Shown piece after piece: positions 35,713 to 45,550 of a stretch of 64,000 bases of DNA (positions are counted from its first letter, which is position 1; each line of letters starts with the position of its first letter). The stretch comes from Methyloceanibacter sp. (GTDB lineage: Bacteria > Pseudomonadota > Alphaproteobacteria > Rhizobiales > Methyloligellaceae). Under the pieces are notes generated by a model. The model was not told the DNA's origin, did no database searches, and worked only from the letters and a program-made list of their open reading frames with translations. The position numbers and the translations under genes were made by a program. The DNA lies in contig NZ_JBPPND010000071.1 in assembly GCF_051306395.1 (NCBI RefSeq), forward strand, positions 1,437 to 65,436, written 5' to 3'.

Positions 35713-35991
35713 CTATTTGCTGCTGCGGCTGATGAGAAAGCCGATCGCCACGCCGAAGCCGAGCGTCAGCAGCAGCGACGCGACAAGGTTGTCCTTCATC
35801 ATGTCCTCTGCGTCGTGCGCCGTCTCGGATGCGAAGTCCCGGGCACGCCCATACGAGTGACCGGCGCTTTTCCCGGCGCTTTGCGTCAGATCCTGCACGT
35901 AACCGCGCAGCGTATCGAGCTGGTCGTAGACATCGCTGACGTCGAAATCCCTTCCGAATCTGGACGTCTTGCGTTCAGCCAAGCCCCACAT
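35713..35991 (-). CDS. ElaB/YqjD/DUF883-like membrane-anchored protein
   Basis: AGGAGG RBS; amphipathic helices and C-terminal TM LVASLLLTLGFGVAIGFLISR. Confidence 0.7.
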   Translation of the reverse strand: MWGLAERKTSRFGRDFDVSDVYDQLDTLRGYVQDLTQSAGKSAGHSYGRARDFASETAHDAEDMMKDNLVASLLLTLGFGVAIGFLISRSSK

Positions 35992-36115
35992 GTGTAGTCC
36001 TCCTAAGAATTGAGCGCGCAGCCGCACCGGCTGCGTCGAAACCTATCCTATCAACAACCGCCCAAGGGCTGCGTCGGTTCCGTGGCGCACCGTTCGCAAT
36101 TGGTGAAGCCGGGTT

Positions 36116-36529
36116 CTAGAGTACCGCGTTGCGCGCACGGATTCCGCGTTCGATGGCCGTGGTGGTGAGTTTGTCGAGCTCCAACCCGTCGGCGAGCATC
36201 TGAAGGAACCGCGTCTCCTCGGGCTTAACGTCGAGGTCGGCTGCGGCGACTTCCAGCGCCACGGCATAGGCCGTCTCGTGCAGCTTTTTCGGCAGGGTGC
36301 TCCGCAGGAGTTCTAAAACCAGCTCAAGACCGTTATCGGCGCTTAAGATTTCTCCGCAGGCCTGGGAGGCTGGGACGAGCTTGTTCGCGTCATAGGCGTC
36401 GAAGATCGGCAGGTGGGAGATGATTTCGCCGATGCGGGCAAGCTCGGCGTCGGTCATCATGCGGTCCACGGCCGATACGGTGACCATCGCGTAGATCAGC
36501 GCATCGTGATGGTCGATTGGCGCAGTCAT
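36116..36529 (-). CDS. TerB-family (tellurite resistance-like) protein
   Basis: [14 protein letters not shown]...TDAEL and [14 protein letters not shown]...EETRFL motifs. Confidence 0.8.
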   Translation of the reverse strand: MTAPIDHHDALIYAMVTVSAVDRMMTDAELARIGEIISHLPIFDAYDANKLVPASQACGEILSADNGLELVLELLRSTLPKKLHETAYAVALEVAAADLDVKPEETRFLQMLADGLELDKLTTTAIERGIRARNAVL

Positions 36530-36697
36530 AAGCTCTCCACCCCTCTTTCCCTGTTGGCTCGAAGCGGCGCGACGGTAGGAAATTGCAGGTTTCCGGGCAA
36601 GCACCGAGTGGGGGCAGGGCGGAAATACTGGCGCGCCGTAGAAAACTGTGAAATTTGTCGGGCCGAGCGCCCTTCCAGACCAAGCGAAATCCCACCG

Positions 36698-38320
36698 ATG
36701 GTTTCCCCGCCCAGCGCCAAGATCGAGATCAACTCCGAACTTCTCGCCCACGCCCATGTCAGCAAGGCATGGCCGTTCGAAGAGGCACGGAAGGTGCTGA
36801 GCCGGCTGAAGCGCATCCCGCAGCCCACCGGCCCCATCATCTTCGAGACCGGCTACGGGCCCTCGGGGCTGCCGCATATCGGCACGTTCGGCGAGGTCGC
36901 GCGCACCACTATGGTGCGCCATGCGTTCCGCGTCCTCACCGAGGACAAGGTGCCGACCCGGCTCATCTGCTTCTCCGACGACATGGACGGCCTGCGCAAG
37001 GTCCCGGACAACATCCCAAACAAGGCGATGGTCGAGCAGCATCTCGGCAAGCCCCTGACGCAGGTGCCGGATCCTTTCGGCGAACATCCGAGCTTTGGCC
37101 AGCACAACAATGCGCGGCTAAAGTCGTTTCTCGATACGTTCGGCTTCGACTACGAGTTCTTGTCGGCGACCCAGTGCTACACGTCCGGGCGGTTCGACGC
37201 GACCTTGCTCAGGGTGCTCGAGCATTACGACGAAATTCGCGACGTGATCTTGCCGACGCTGGGTCCTGAGCGCCGCGCCACCTATAGCCCCTTCCTGCCC
37301 ATTTCGCCGGAGACGGGCAAGGTGCTGCAAGTGCCGGTCATCGACCGCGATCTCGCCGCGGGCTCGATCGTCTACAAGGATCCCGACTCCGGAAAGCTCA
37401 CCCAGGTCGCGGTCACCCGCGGGCATTGCAAGCTGCAGTGGAAAGCCGACTGGGCGATGCGGTGGGCCGCGCTCGGCATCGACTACGAGATGGCGGGCAA
37501 GGACCTGATCGACTCGGTTCGCTTGTCGGGCCGCATCTGCCGCATCCTCGGCCGCCAGCAGCCGGAAGGATTCAACTACGAACTGTTCCTCGACGAGAAC
37601 GGCGAGAAGATCTCCAAGTCCCGCGGCAACGGTCTCACCATCGAGGAGTGGCTGTCCTATGCGTCGCCTGAGAGTCTCGCGCTCTACATGTATCAAAGCC
37701 CGAAAAAGGCGAAGCGGCTTTATTTCGACGTCATCCCGCGCGCGGTCGATGAGTATGTCGGCCATCTCGCCGCCTACCCGAAGGAGGAGCAGGCGGCGAA
37801 GCTGATGAATCCTGTGTGGCACGTCCATGAGGGCGACCCGCCGCAAGCCGAATTGCCCATCAGTTTTGCGCTTCTTCTCAACCTGGCCTCCGCGTCCAAT
37901 TCGGAAGACCGGGAAGTGTTATGGGGTTTCATTCAGCGCTACATGCCGGACGCCACGCCGGAAGGTCACCCGCTGCTCGATGAGCTCGTGGGCTACGCTA
38001 TCCGCTATTTCCATGATTTCGTGAAGCCGTCGAAGCAGTATCGCGCACCGGCGGACAAGGAGCGCGCCGCGCTTGCCGATCTCGACAAGCGTCTTGCGGC
38101 GCTGCCCGAACAGGTCCTTGCCGAAGAGATCCAGAACGAGGTGTATGCAGTCGGCAAGGAGCACGGCTTCGAGCCGTTGCGCGACTGGTTCCAAGCGCTC
38201 TACCAGGTGCTGCTCGGCCAGAGCCAAGGGCCGCGCTTCGGCTCCTTTGTCGAGCTCTACGGCATACCCGAAACCCGCGCCTTGATCGGGAAGGCGTTGG
38301 CCGGTGAGCTTGCCGCATAA
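36698..38320 (+). CDS. lysS: Lysine--tRNA ligase, class I
   Basis: [39 protein letters not shown] and QGPRFGSF motifs. Confidence 0.96.
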   Translation: MVSPPSAKIEINSELLAHAHVSKAWPFEEARKVLSRLKRIPQPTGPIIFETGYGPSGLPHIGTFGEVARTTMVRHAFRVLTEDKVPTRLICFSDDMDGLRKVPDNIPNKAMVEQHLGKPLTQVPDPFGEHPSFGQHNNARLKSFLDTFGFDYEFLSATQCYTSGRFDATLLRVLEHYDEIRDVILPTLGPERRATYSPFLPISPETGKVLQVPVIDRDLAAGSIVYKDPDSGKLTQVAVTRGHCKLQWKADWAMRWAALGIDYEMAGKDLIDSVRLSGRICRILGRQQPEGFNYELFLDENGEKISKSRGNGLTIEEWLSYASPESLALYMYQSPKKAKRLYFDVIPRAVDEYVGHLAAYPKEEQAAKLMNPVWHVHEGDPPQAELPISFALLLNLASASNSEDREVLWGFIQRYMPDATPEGHPLLDELVGYAIRYFHDFVKPSKQYRAPADKERAALADLDKRLAALPEQVLAEEIQNEVYAVGKEHGFEPLRDWFQALYQVLLGQSQGPRFGSFVELYGIPETRALIGKALAGELAA

Positions 38321-38453
38321 GGCATGCTCTGCGCACCAATCCCTCACAATCCGGAACCCAGCTCCGGCTCATGCGTTTTCAAGCCAACAGGGTCCCGCGA
38401 AACACACTTCGCGCGGAACAGTCCCTGATGAAAAACCCAAAAGGAGTCTTCTG

Positions 38454-38867
38454 ATGAAACTCACAACCCTGACTGCCGTCATGCTTTTGACGAGCGCCAC
38501 CTATGCGTTTGCAGGACCCGGCGCGGAGCCGCCCAAAGGTTCTCAGGATCAGGACCCGTCGGGGCGTCCCGGCAAAGTCTTGAGCGAGGCCGAATGCACC
38601 AAGGCTTGGGAGACGGCCAGCCCTGACGGCGATACGCTGTCCCAAGACAAGGCCACGCCGTACATCTCGAATTTTGAGATGGTCGACTCGTCCAAGGATG
38701 CCAAGATTTCCGCTGAGGAGTGGAAAGAGGGCTGCGCCAAGGGCTGGGTGAGTGCCGATGCGGCCACCGAGCAGGACATGGAAGGCACGCCGGCCGACCC
38801 GATGGACTCCTCTGACGACACGAAGAAGTCGTCGGATGACATGAAGGACTCCTCGGACAAGATGTAG
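38454..38867 (+). CDS. Small exported acidic EF-hand-like protein
   Basis: AAGGAG RBS; signal peptide; DSSKDAKISAEE loop; two Cys. Confidence 0.75.
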   Translation: MKLTTLTAVMLLTSATYAFAGPGAEPPKGSQDQDPSGRPGKVLSEAECTKAWETASPDGDTLSQDKATPYISNFEMVDSSKDAKISAEEWKEGCAKGWVSADAATEQDMEGTPADPMDSSDDTKKSSDDMKDSSDKM

Positions 38868-38896
38868 TTTGGCGAGATCGCTTCACCCGCTAAAAG

Positions 38897-38925
38897 AACG
38901 GCCCCGAAATTCGGGGCCGTTTTTT
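38897..38925 (+). terminator. Intrinsic terminator
   Basis: AACGGCCCCGAA-A-TTCGGGGCCGTT followed by T-run. Confidence 0.85.
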
Positions 38926-38985
38926 ATGGAGACGGTCGAACCGATAAGCACGATGGACGGCGCCGGCGCGGGAATCGCAGTAGGG

Positions 38986-39633
38986 CTAGCGCCAGACGCC
39001 GATCTTCTTCTTGCGCGCGGCCTCTGCCGCTTTGGCGAGTTTGGGCTCCGTCGGGGCCTCAGGTTTCGCCCAGCCTTGCGTCACCATCCATGTGGAGAGG
39101 TCGGCATCCGCCAGCGTGCAGCGCGCCGTCACCGAGCTTACCGTGCCTATAGCGGGCACCTTGCACACGACAGCGCGCGCCCGGATCAGCCGCGTCAGCG
39201 CCACCTGCGCGCTCTTACCGCAGGACCATTTCCGTCCCTCCGCGTCCTTGCAGGTCTCGTCCGCCGCGTAGGCGTCGATCCCCTCGAGCTTGATGACCAA
39301 GTCACCGCGCGTCTCGAGCGTGCCGCCATCCCGGACCACTACGCGGTAAAAGCGCGTCGCCTTGAGTTTTGACCTCGGTTCTTGTGCCGCCTCCGGCGCG
39401 AGCGCGGCTGTCTTGTCCTCGTCGGCCGGGCCCGCCGCGTCGTCCTTGGGCGATGCCTGTGTCGCCTTCGCCGGCGGGTCGTCTGGCAGGGGCGTGGTGA
39501 AGAGCCGCCCCTGATGGCCGGTCGGCGGCGGCTCGACCATTTTCACCACCTCGGTGTCGCCGCCAAAGGGCCAGAGGAACCAGATCAGCGCGAGGCCGAC
39601 CAAAGCAGTGAGAAGGCGCGAGGCGAGCGACAT
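38986..39633 (-). CDS. Thermonuclease (SNase-like) family protein
   Basis: N-terminal TM; DGGTL...IKLEGIDA...C..W.CG...L..WMVTQGWA...EAARKKKIGVW. Confidence 0.82.
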   Translation of the reverse strand: MSLASRLLTALVGLALIWFLWPFGGDTEVVKMVEPPPTGHQGRLFTTPLPDDPPAKATQASPKDDAAGPADEDKTAALAPEAAQEPRSKLKATRFYRVVVRDGGTLETRGDLVIKLEGIDAYAADETCKDAEGRKWSCGKSAQVALTRLIRARAVVCKVPAIGTVSSVTARCTLADADLSTWMVTQGWAKPEAPTEPKLAKAAEAARKKKIGVWR

Positions 39634-39678
39634 GACCCCTACACTAGAGGCGATGCTTGGCGGCTTTAAGGACGCGTC

Positions 39679-40320
39679 CTACTGGCTTGCCCAGATAATG
39701 CGCGCGATCCACTCGATCCGCTCCACGGGGAAGACAAGGTTGGGGTGTGCGGGGTTGAGCGAGGCGAGGTCGATGGTCTTGGCTGTGCGCCGCACCAGCA
39801 CCTTGGCCATCACTTCGCCGTCGATCGTGCGTAGCACCACGCGGTCGCCTTTGCGCGGCGCCGCGTTGGGCGAGACGATGAGGATATCCCCGTCCCGGTA
39901 GAGCGGCGCCATACTGTCCCCGGTGACTTCGAGCGCGTAGGCGTTCTCGTCGTCCACGCGGGGAAAGCGGATCTGGTCCCAGCCGCCGCCCACCGGAAAG
40001 CCGCCGTCATCGAAGAAACCGCCGCCGCCGGCTTGCGTCATGCCAATGAGCGGGATCGGCTGGGCCGGGTTGCGCCGGCGCGGTTCGGAGGTGACCAGCG
40101 CCGTGAAGTCGTCGAAGGAGGCGCCGGTGGCTCCCAGCACCTTGGCGATGCTCTCGGTAGTAGGCCAGCGCGGGCGCCCTTCGCCGGTCACGCGCTTTGA
40201 TTTGTTGAAGGCGGTGGGGTCCAGCCCGGCGCGCTTGGCAAGCCCAGAGGCGGACAGGCCATAGCGCCGCGCGAGTGCGTCGATGGCGGACCAGACCCGG
40301 GCATGGGTGAGCCTGTTCAC
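39679..40320 (-). CDS. HTH + S24 peptidase (LexA/CI-like) transcriptional regulator
   Basis: WSAIDALARRYGLSASGLAKRAGLDPTAFNKSKR; LEVTGDSMAPLYRDGD (Ser) and MAKVL (Lys). Confidence 0.9.
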   Translation of the reverse strand: MNRLTHARVWSAIDALARRYGLSASGLAKRAGLDPTAFNKSKRVTGEGRPRWPTTESIAKVLGATGASFDDFTALVTSEPRRRNPAQPIPLIGMTQAGGGGFFDDGGFPVGGGWDQIRFPRVDDENAYALEVTGDSMAPLYRDGDILIVSPNAAPRKGDRVVLRTIDGEVMAKVLVRRTAKTIDLASLNPAHPNLVFPVERIEWIARIIWASQ

Positions 40321-40465
40321 GGAAGGAGGCCCCCAAATGAAGCCACTCGCAGAGAAATAATACTTATTTATAGGAATTATGGCTTATTTGCCTGCGTTGT
40401 CCACCACCTTTGAGTTGCGGACTCAGGTAGCGTCGCCCGTGCCGGCTCGGCAGGGACCCGCGGTG

Positions 40466-40666
40466 TTAGGAGGCCCGCTCCGGCAGCGAATGCAGAGCGC
40501 GTTCGAGCGCTTGAAGCTCGACCGGCTCGCCCCGGCTGTTGAAGATGCGGAATTCGAGATCGCCTTCGGCGATCAGCGCACGCGCTTGGCTGACGGTGTC
40601 CCGCGTCGTCAGGCGCATGACGGTTCTGGTGTTGGGCGGGGTGCCCCGCCGGATGGAATAGCTCAT
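40466..40666 (-). CDS. Small hypothetical protein
   Basis: GGAG upstream of ATG 40666; 66 aa MSYSIRRGTPPNTRTVMRL... Confidence 0.45.
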   Translation of the reverse strand: MSYSIRRGTPPNTRTVMRLTTRDTVSQARALIAEGDLEFRIFNSRGEPVELQALERALHSLPERAS

Positions 40667-40803
40667 CAGGTCTCCGGGAAATGCGTTTCGCGGGACCATA
40701 CAGGAGGTTGGGCGCCGAACGCCACCGTCCACGGCAATTTTACGCAGGTGCCCCGGCGGTCCTTGTTGGGGGCCGACGGGACCGCTAGTCTCCGCCAGAC
40801 GCC

Positions 40804-41154
40804 ATGCCCAAGCCCCTCTACAAGATCCTCGCCGATGCCGCCTATGAAGCGGCCAAGAGCGAAGGGTGTTTCTTAGGGACGTCCGACGATCTGCGCGACG
40901 GCTTCATTCACCTCTCCGCCCGCCATCAGGTCGAGACCACGCTGGCCAAGCATTACGCCGGCCAGGAGGATTTGCTGCTTCTGGCCGTCGATCCCGACAG
41001 GCTCGGACCGGCACTGAAATGGGAGGAATCCCGCGGCGGCGATCTTTTCCCCCATCTCTACGCGCCGCTTCCACTTGATTCGGTTCTCTCGGCCAAGCCG
41101 CTCCGGCTCGACGATGACAACACCCACATCCTGCCCGACGGGTTTACCGAGTGA
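40804..41154 (+). CDS. DUF952 family protein
   Basis: YKIL...DDLRDGFIHLS...LKWEESRGGDLFPHLY. Confidence 0.9.
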   Translation: MPKPLYKILADAAYEAAKSEGCFLGTSDDLRDGFIHLSARHQVETTLAKHYAGQEDLLLLAVDPDRLGPALKWEESRGGDLFPHLYAPLPLDSVLSAKPLRLDDDNTHILPDGFTE

Positions 41155-42236
41155 GTGCCTTGTTCGGTTTGGGCCAGACGCTTCTGCTCGCCCTCGATCC
41201 GGAGCGCGCCCATGACCTTGCCCTCAAGACCCTCGAGCTCGGAGTTTATCCCCGCCCCTCCGGACCCGACGACACGCGGCTGAGACAGACGGTGTTCGGT
41301 CTCGACTTCCCCAATCCAATCGGCATGGCGCCGGGCTTCGACAAGAATGCGCGCGCCCCGCGTCAGCTTCTCGATATGGGCTTCGGCTTCGTCGAGGTCG
41401 GTACGCTGACGCCCCGCGCGCAGCCCGGCAATCCGAGCCCGCGCGTGTTCCGCTCTCATGCGGACCGCGCCATCGTCAATCGCCTCGGCTTCAATAACGA
41501 AGGCCAGGAAGCCGCCCTGAAGCGGCTGCGCGCCAAACCGGACGGCATCGTGGGAGTCAATCTCGGGGTCAACCGGGACAGCAAGGACCGCATCGCCGAT
41601 TATGTGGACGGCATCACGCGCATGGCGCCCGTGGCGAGCTACTTCACCGTGAACATCTCTTCGCCCAACACGCCGGGCCTGCGCGACCTCCAGGCGCCGC
41701 GAAAGCTCGGCGAGCTGCTCGACAAGGTACAGGACGCACGCAAAGGCTTGGGTGACACTCCGCCGCTGCTCATCAAGCTCGCGCCGGATCTCGCCGACGC
41801 CGACCTGCCCGAAGTGGTCGCCGTCATCAAGGACAGCGGCGCCGACGGCATCGTCATCTCCAACACCACGCTCGCCCGCGACGGCGTGAACGATGAGACG
41901 CTCATCCGCGAAACCGGCGGCTTGTCGGGCCGGCCGCTGTTCGATCGCGCCACGCGCATGCTTGCCCGCGTCTATCAAATCACCGAGGGCAAGCTGCCGC
42001 TGATCGGTGTGGGCGGCATAGACTCCGGCGAGACCGCGCTCGCCAAGATCGAGGCGGGCGCGTCGCTCATCCAGCTCTACACCGGTCTCGTGTTCGAAGG
42101 GCCCGGCCTGATCGGCCGCATCAAGCGCACCTTGGTTGCGGCCATGGACGACGAGAAATCCAACACCCTCGCGCCGCTGATCGGCCGCCGCGCGGACGAA
42201 TGGGCGGAGAAGCAACTCCCGGAGCTGGTCGTATGA
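41151..42236 (+). CDS. pyrD: Quinone-dependent dihydroorotate dehydrogenase
   Basis: NPIGMAPGFDKN, GNPSPRVFR, NRLGFNN, NISSPNTPGLR and GGLSGRPL motifs. Confidence 0.96.
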   Translation: MSALFGLGQTLLLALDPERAHDLALKTLELGVYPRPSGPDDTRLRQTVFGLDFPNPIGMAPGFDKNARAPRQLLDMGFGFVEVGTLTPRAQPGNPSPRVFRSHADRAIVNRLGFNNEGQEAALKRLRAKPDGIVGVNLGVNRDSKDRIADYVDGITRMAPVASYFTVNISSPNTPGLRDLQAPRKLGELLDKVQDARKGLGDTPPLLIKLAPDLADADLPEVVAVIKDSGADGIVISNTTLARDGVNDETLIRETGGLSGRPLFDRATRMLARVYQITEGKLPLIGVGGIDSGETALAKIEAGASLIQLYTGLVFEGPGLIGRIKRTLVAAMDDEKSNTLAPLIGRRADEWAEKQLPELVV

Positions 42237-42580
42237 CGGTCACGATCTATCACAACCCGCGCTGCTCGAAGTCGCGCCAGACACTGGCGCTGATCGAGGA
42301 CAAGGGTGTTGCCCCAAAGATCGTCGACTATCTGAAGGCGCCGCCCTCCGTCGCCGAATTGAAGCGCATCCTCAAGAAGCTTGGCCTCACGGCGCGCGAC
42401 ATCGTGCGCACGGGCGAGGCGCGCTACGCCGAGCTTGGGCTCAAGGATAAGGACATCAAGGACGACGAGTTGCTCGCGCTGATGGTCGAGAACCCGATCC
42501 TCATCGAGCGGCCGATCGTAGTATCGGGCGAAAGGGCGGCCATCGGCCGCCCGCCGGAAGCGGTGTTGAAGATTCTTTAG
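42233..42580 (+). CDS. arsC: ArsC-family arsenate reductase (glutaredoxin type)
   Basis: IYHNPRCSKSR...LIERPIV...AAIGRPPE. Confidence 0.88.
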   Translation: MTVTIYHNPRCSKSRQTLALIEDKGVAPKIVDYLKAPPSVAELKRILKKLGLTARDIVRTGEARYAELGLKDKDIKDDELLALMVENPILIERPIVVSGERAAIGRPPEAVLKIL

Positions 42581-42882
42581 GCTTCGCGTTTGGGCGGGCC
42601 GGTCTCGGCCATTTCCGCCCCGGTCTCGCGGCCGAAGATCTTGAACGCGCGCATCACAAGCCAGACCGGGAAGACGATCACCGCGCCGAGCAGGAAGTAG
42701 CGGAAGCCCTTCTCGATCGCCGCGAAGCCCATGTCATAGATGCGGGCCGCGAGGTCGCGCAGGTTCTGGAGGATGTCGTAGGGGCTGAAACCCAGCGCCG
42801 CCAGGACCACGCCCACGATCAAGGATAGGATGGCGAGCCGGGCAAGCACGAGCGCCGGATTGCCGCCAAAAAACCGTTCCAT
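42577..42882 (-). CDS. Small membrane protein (DUF6460-like)
   Basis: RFFGGNPALVLARLAILSLIVGVVL...YFLLGAVIVFPVW. Confidence 0.8.
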   Translation of the reverse strand: MERFFGGNPALVLARLAILSLIVGVVLAALGFSPYDILQNLRDLAARIYDMGFAAIEKGFRYFLLGAVIVFPVWLVMRAFKIFGRETGAEMAETGPPKREA

Positions 42883-42991
42883 CTGTCCGTTCCCTCTGAA
42901 TCGTGGGCGTTTCAGTCGAATCTGTACCACAGTTGGGGCGCAAAGCCGCGAAGGTCAAGACGGCGGCGAAGATCAAGAAGGAGAGGGTTGC

Positions 42992-45550
42992 GTGAGCGCG
43001 CGAAAGGGGCTGGCAAGACAAGCGGGCGAAGCGGACGAGCCCGGCGCGCGACTGCCTGAGTCCTTCGCCGGCTGGTTCGCCTCGCGCGGCTGGCGCCCGC
43101 GACCTCATCAGCTTGCGCTGCTCGACACGGTCTCATCGGGCCGCGACACGCTGCTCATCGCGCCAACCGGCGGCGGCAAGACCTTGGCCGGCTTCCTGCC
43201 GAGCCTGATCGATCTCGCCGCGCGGCCGCACGCGCAAACGCCGGCGCGAAGCGTCCACACACTTTATGTCTCGCCGCTCAAGGCACTTGCCACCGATATC
43301 GCGCGCAACCTCGCTACGCCCGTGGTTGAGATGGGGCTGCCCATTCAGCTCGAGACCCGCACCGGCGACACGCCGCAATCGCGCCGCGCGCGCCAGCGCG
43401 TGCTGCCGCCCGACATCTTGCTGACCACGCCCGAGCAGATCGCGCTGATGCTCTCCCACAAAAGCGCCGCGGAACTGTTCGGCGGATTGAAATGCGTGAT
43501 CCTAGATGAGCTGCACGCGCTCGCCACCAGCAAGCGCGGCGATCTGCTTTCTCTCGATCTTGCGAGGTTGCGCACGCTTGCGCCGGAACTTACGGCAATC
43601 GGCCTATCGGCCACTGTGGCGCGACCTTCCGAGCTTGCCGCCTTCCTCGTGCCCCACAAGGGCCAGAGTGCCACAAGGCTGGCCGAGATCGTCACGGCGG
43701 ACGGCGCCGTCAAGGCCGACATCGCCATCCTCAAATCGAACGCCGATCTTCCCTGGGCCGGCCATTCGGCGCGCTACGCGTTGCCGGAGATGTACGCGGC
43801 GATCAAATCGCACAACATGTCGCTCATGTTCGTCAACACGCGCTCGCAAGCCGAGATGTTGTTCCACGAGCTGTGGCGCTGCAACGACGACAACCTGCCC
43901 ATCGCGCTCCATCACGGCTCCCTCGACGTGGGTCAACGGCGCAAAGTCGAGGCGGCCATGGTCGCGGGCAAGCTCCGCGCCGTGGTCTGCACCTCGACCC
44001 TCGACCTCGGCATTGACTGGGGCGCTGTCGATCTCGTCATCAATGTCGGCGCGCCGAAAGGCGCAAGCCGTCTCGCCCAGCGCATCGGCCGCGCCAATCA
44101 CCGGCTGGATGAGCCGAGCAAGGCGCTGCTGGTGCCCGCCAACCGCTTCGAGGTGATGGAGTGTCAGGCGGCGCTCGAAGCGGCGGAGGAGGGGGCGCAA
44201 GACACCCCGCCCACGCGCCCCGGCGCGCTCGACGTGCTCGCCCAGCACATTCTCGGCGTGGCTTGCGCGGAGCCCTTCGATCCGGACCGGCTCTATCGGG
44301 AGGTGACCAGCGCCTCGCCCTATCAGGGGCTCACCCGCGAGGGGTTCGACCAGGTGCTCGCCTTCGTCGCTACCGGCGGCTACGCGCTCGCCAACTATGA
44401 GCGCTACGCCAAGCTGAAACTCACCAAGGAGGGCGAATACCGCGTCGCGCATCCTCGCATCGCGCAGCAATACCGGCTCAATGTCGGCACCATCGTCGAG
44501 GCGCCGATGCTGCGCGTGCGGCTTGCACGCCTCAAGGGCGGCGTCGGCAAGTCCGGTATGGTCGCCGGGGGGCGCGTCTTGGGCGAGGTGGAGGAGTATT
44601 TTATCGAGCAGCTCGCTCCCGGCGACACTTTCGTCTTCGCCGGCGAGGTGCTGCGCTTCGAGGGTTTGCGCGAGATGGATGCCATCGTCACCCGGGCGCA
44701 TGCCGCCGATCCCAAGGTACCCGCCTATGAAGGCGGCAAGTTTCCGCTCTCCACCTATCTCGCCGGCCGCGTGCGCCGGATGCTGGCGGAGCGCGGCGCC
44801 TGGGCGAAGCTGCCGGGCCAGGTCTCCGATTGGCTCAGGCTACAAGCCGATTTTTCGGTTGTTCCCTCCGCCGAGGAGATGCTGATCGAGACATTCCCGC
44901 GCGGGCAGCGCCACTACCTCGTCTGCTACCCCTTCGAGGGGCGTCTCGCCCACCAAAGCCTCGGCATGCTGCTGACGCGGCGGCTGGAGCGGGCAGGCGC
45001 CGCGCCGACCGGCTTCGTCGCCAACGAGTACGCGCTCGCCGTCTGGGGGCTCAACGACATGAGCGCGATGATCCGCGACGGGCGCCTCGACCTCGCGCAA
45101 CTCTTCGACGAAGACATGCTGGGCGACGACCTCGACGCTTGGCTCGCGGAGTCGAACCTGATGAAGCGCTCGTTCCGCGTCTGCGCCATCATCTCAGGGC
45201 TGATCGAGCGGCGTCATCCCGGGCAGGAGAAGACCGGGCGGCAGATGACCGTCTCGTCCGATCTCATCTACGACGTTCTGCGTCAGCACGAGCCGGACCA
45301 CGTCCTGCTGAAGGCTGCTTTCGCCGACGCGGCCTCAGGCCTGATCGATCTCGGCCGCTTGGGGCAATTCCTCAAGCGGATCGGCGGTCGAATCAGGCAT
45401 AGTGAGCTCAGTCACGTTTCGCCGATTGCCGTACCGGTCATGCTCGAGATCGGACGCGAAAGCGTTCCAAGTGACGTCGGCGACACCTTGTTGCGTGAGA
45501 CCGCCGAAGAACTCATCGCGGAGGCTTTGGGGAAACATGCTGCGCGCTAG
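42992..45550 (+). CDS. Ligase-associated DNA damage response DEXH-box helicase (Lhr-like)
   Basis: APTGGGKT, SPLKAL, DELH, HHGSL, TSTLDLGID and QRIGRANHR motifs; start inferred at GTG 42992. Confidence 0.92.
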   Translation: MSARKGLARQAGEADEPGARLPESFAGWFASRGWRPRPHQLALLDTVSSGRDTLLIAPTGGGKTLAGFLPSLIDLAARPHAQTPARSVHTLYVSPLKALATDIARNLATPVVEMGLPIQLETRTGDTPQSRRARQRVLPPDILLTTPEQIALMLSHKSAAELFGGLKCVILDELHALATSKRGDLLSLDLARLRTLAPELTAIGLSATVARPSELAAFLVPHKGQSATRLAEIVTADGAVKADIAILKSNADLPWAGHSARYALPEMYAAIKSHNMSLMFVNTRSQAEMLFHELWRCNDDNLPIALHHGSLDVGQRRKVEAAMVAGKLRAVVCTSTLDLGIDWGAVDLVINVGAPKGASRLAQRIGRANHRLDEPSKALLVPANRFEVMECQAALEAAEEGAQDTPPTRPGALDVLAQHILGVACAEPFDPDRLYREVTSASPYQGLTREGFDQVLAFVATGGYALANYERYAKLKLTKEGEYRVAHPRIAQQYRLNVGTIVEAPMLRVRLARLKGGVGKSGMVAGGRVLGEVEEYFIEQLAPGDTFVFAGEVLRFEGLREMDAIVTRAHAADPKVPAYEGGKFPLSTYLAGRVRRMLAERGAWAKLPGQVSDWLRLQADFSVVPSAEEMLIETFPRGQRHYLVCYPFEGRLAHQSLGMLLTRRLERAGAAPTGFVANEYALAVWGLNDMSAMIRDGRLDLAQLFDEDMLGDDLDAWLAESNLMKRSFRVCAIISGLIERRHPGQEKTGRQMTVSSDLIYDVLRQHEPDHVLLKAAFADAASGLIDLGRLGQFLKRIGGRIRHSELSHVSPIAVPVMLEIGRESVPSDVGDTLLRETAEELIAEALGKHAAR

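Noticed and set aside
38876-38891. GATCGCTTCACCCGCT resembling the tRNA-Gly 3' end, as a possible attR of a 10-kb island
   Set aside because: Short match with one gap and one mismatch; the interval contains the essential lysS and host-like genes
42233-42580. arsC, arsH and the radical SAM gene as one dispersed arsenic operon
   Set aside because: They are 15-35 kb apart, and arsC after pyrD looks like an ordinary housekeeping arrangement; only the individual observations are kept
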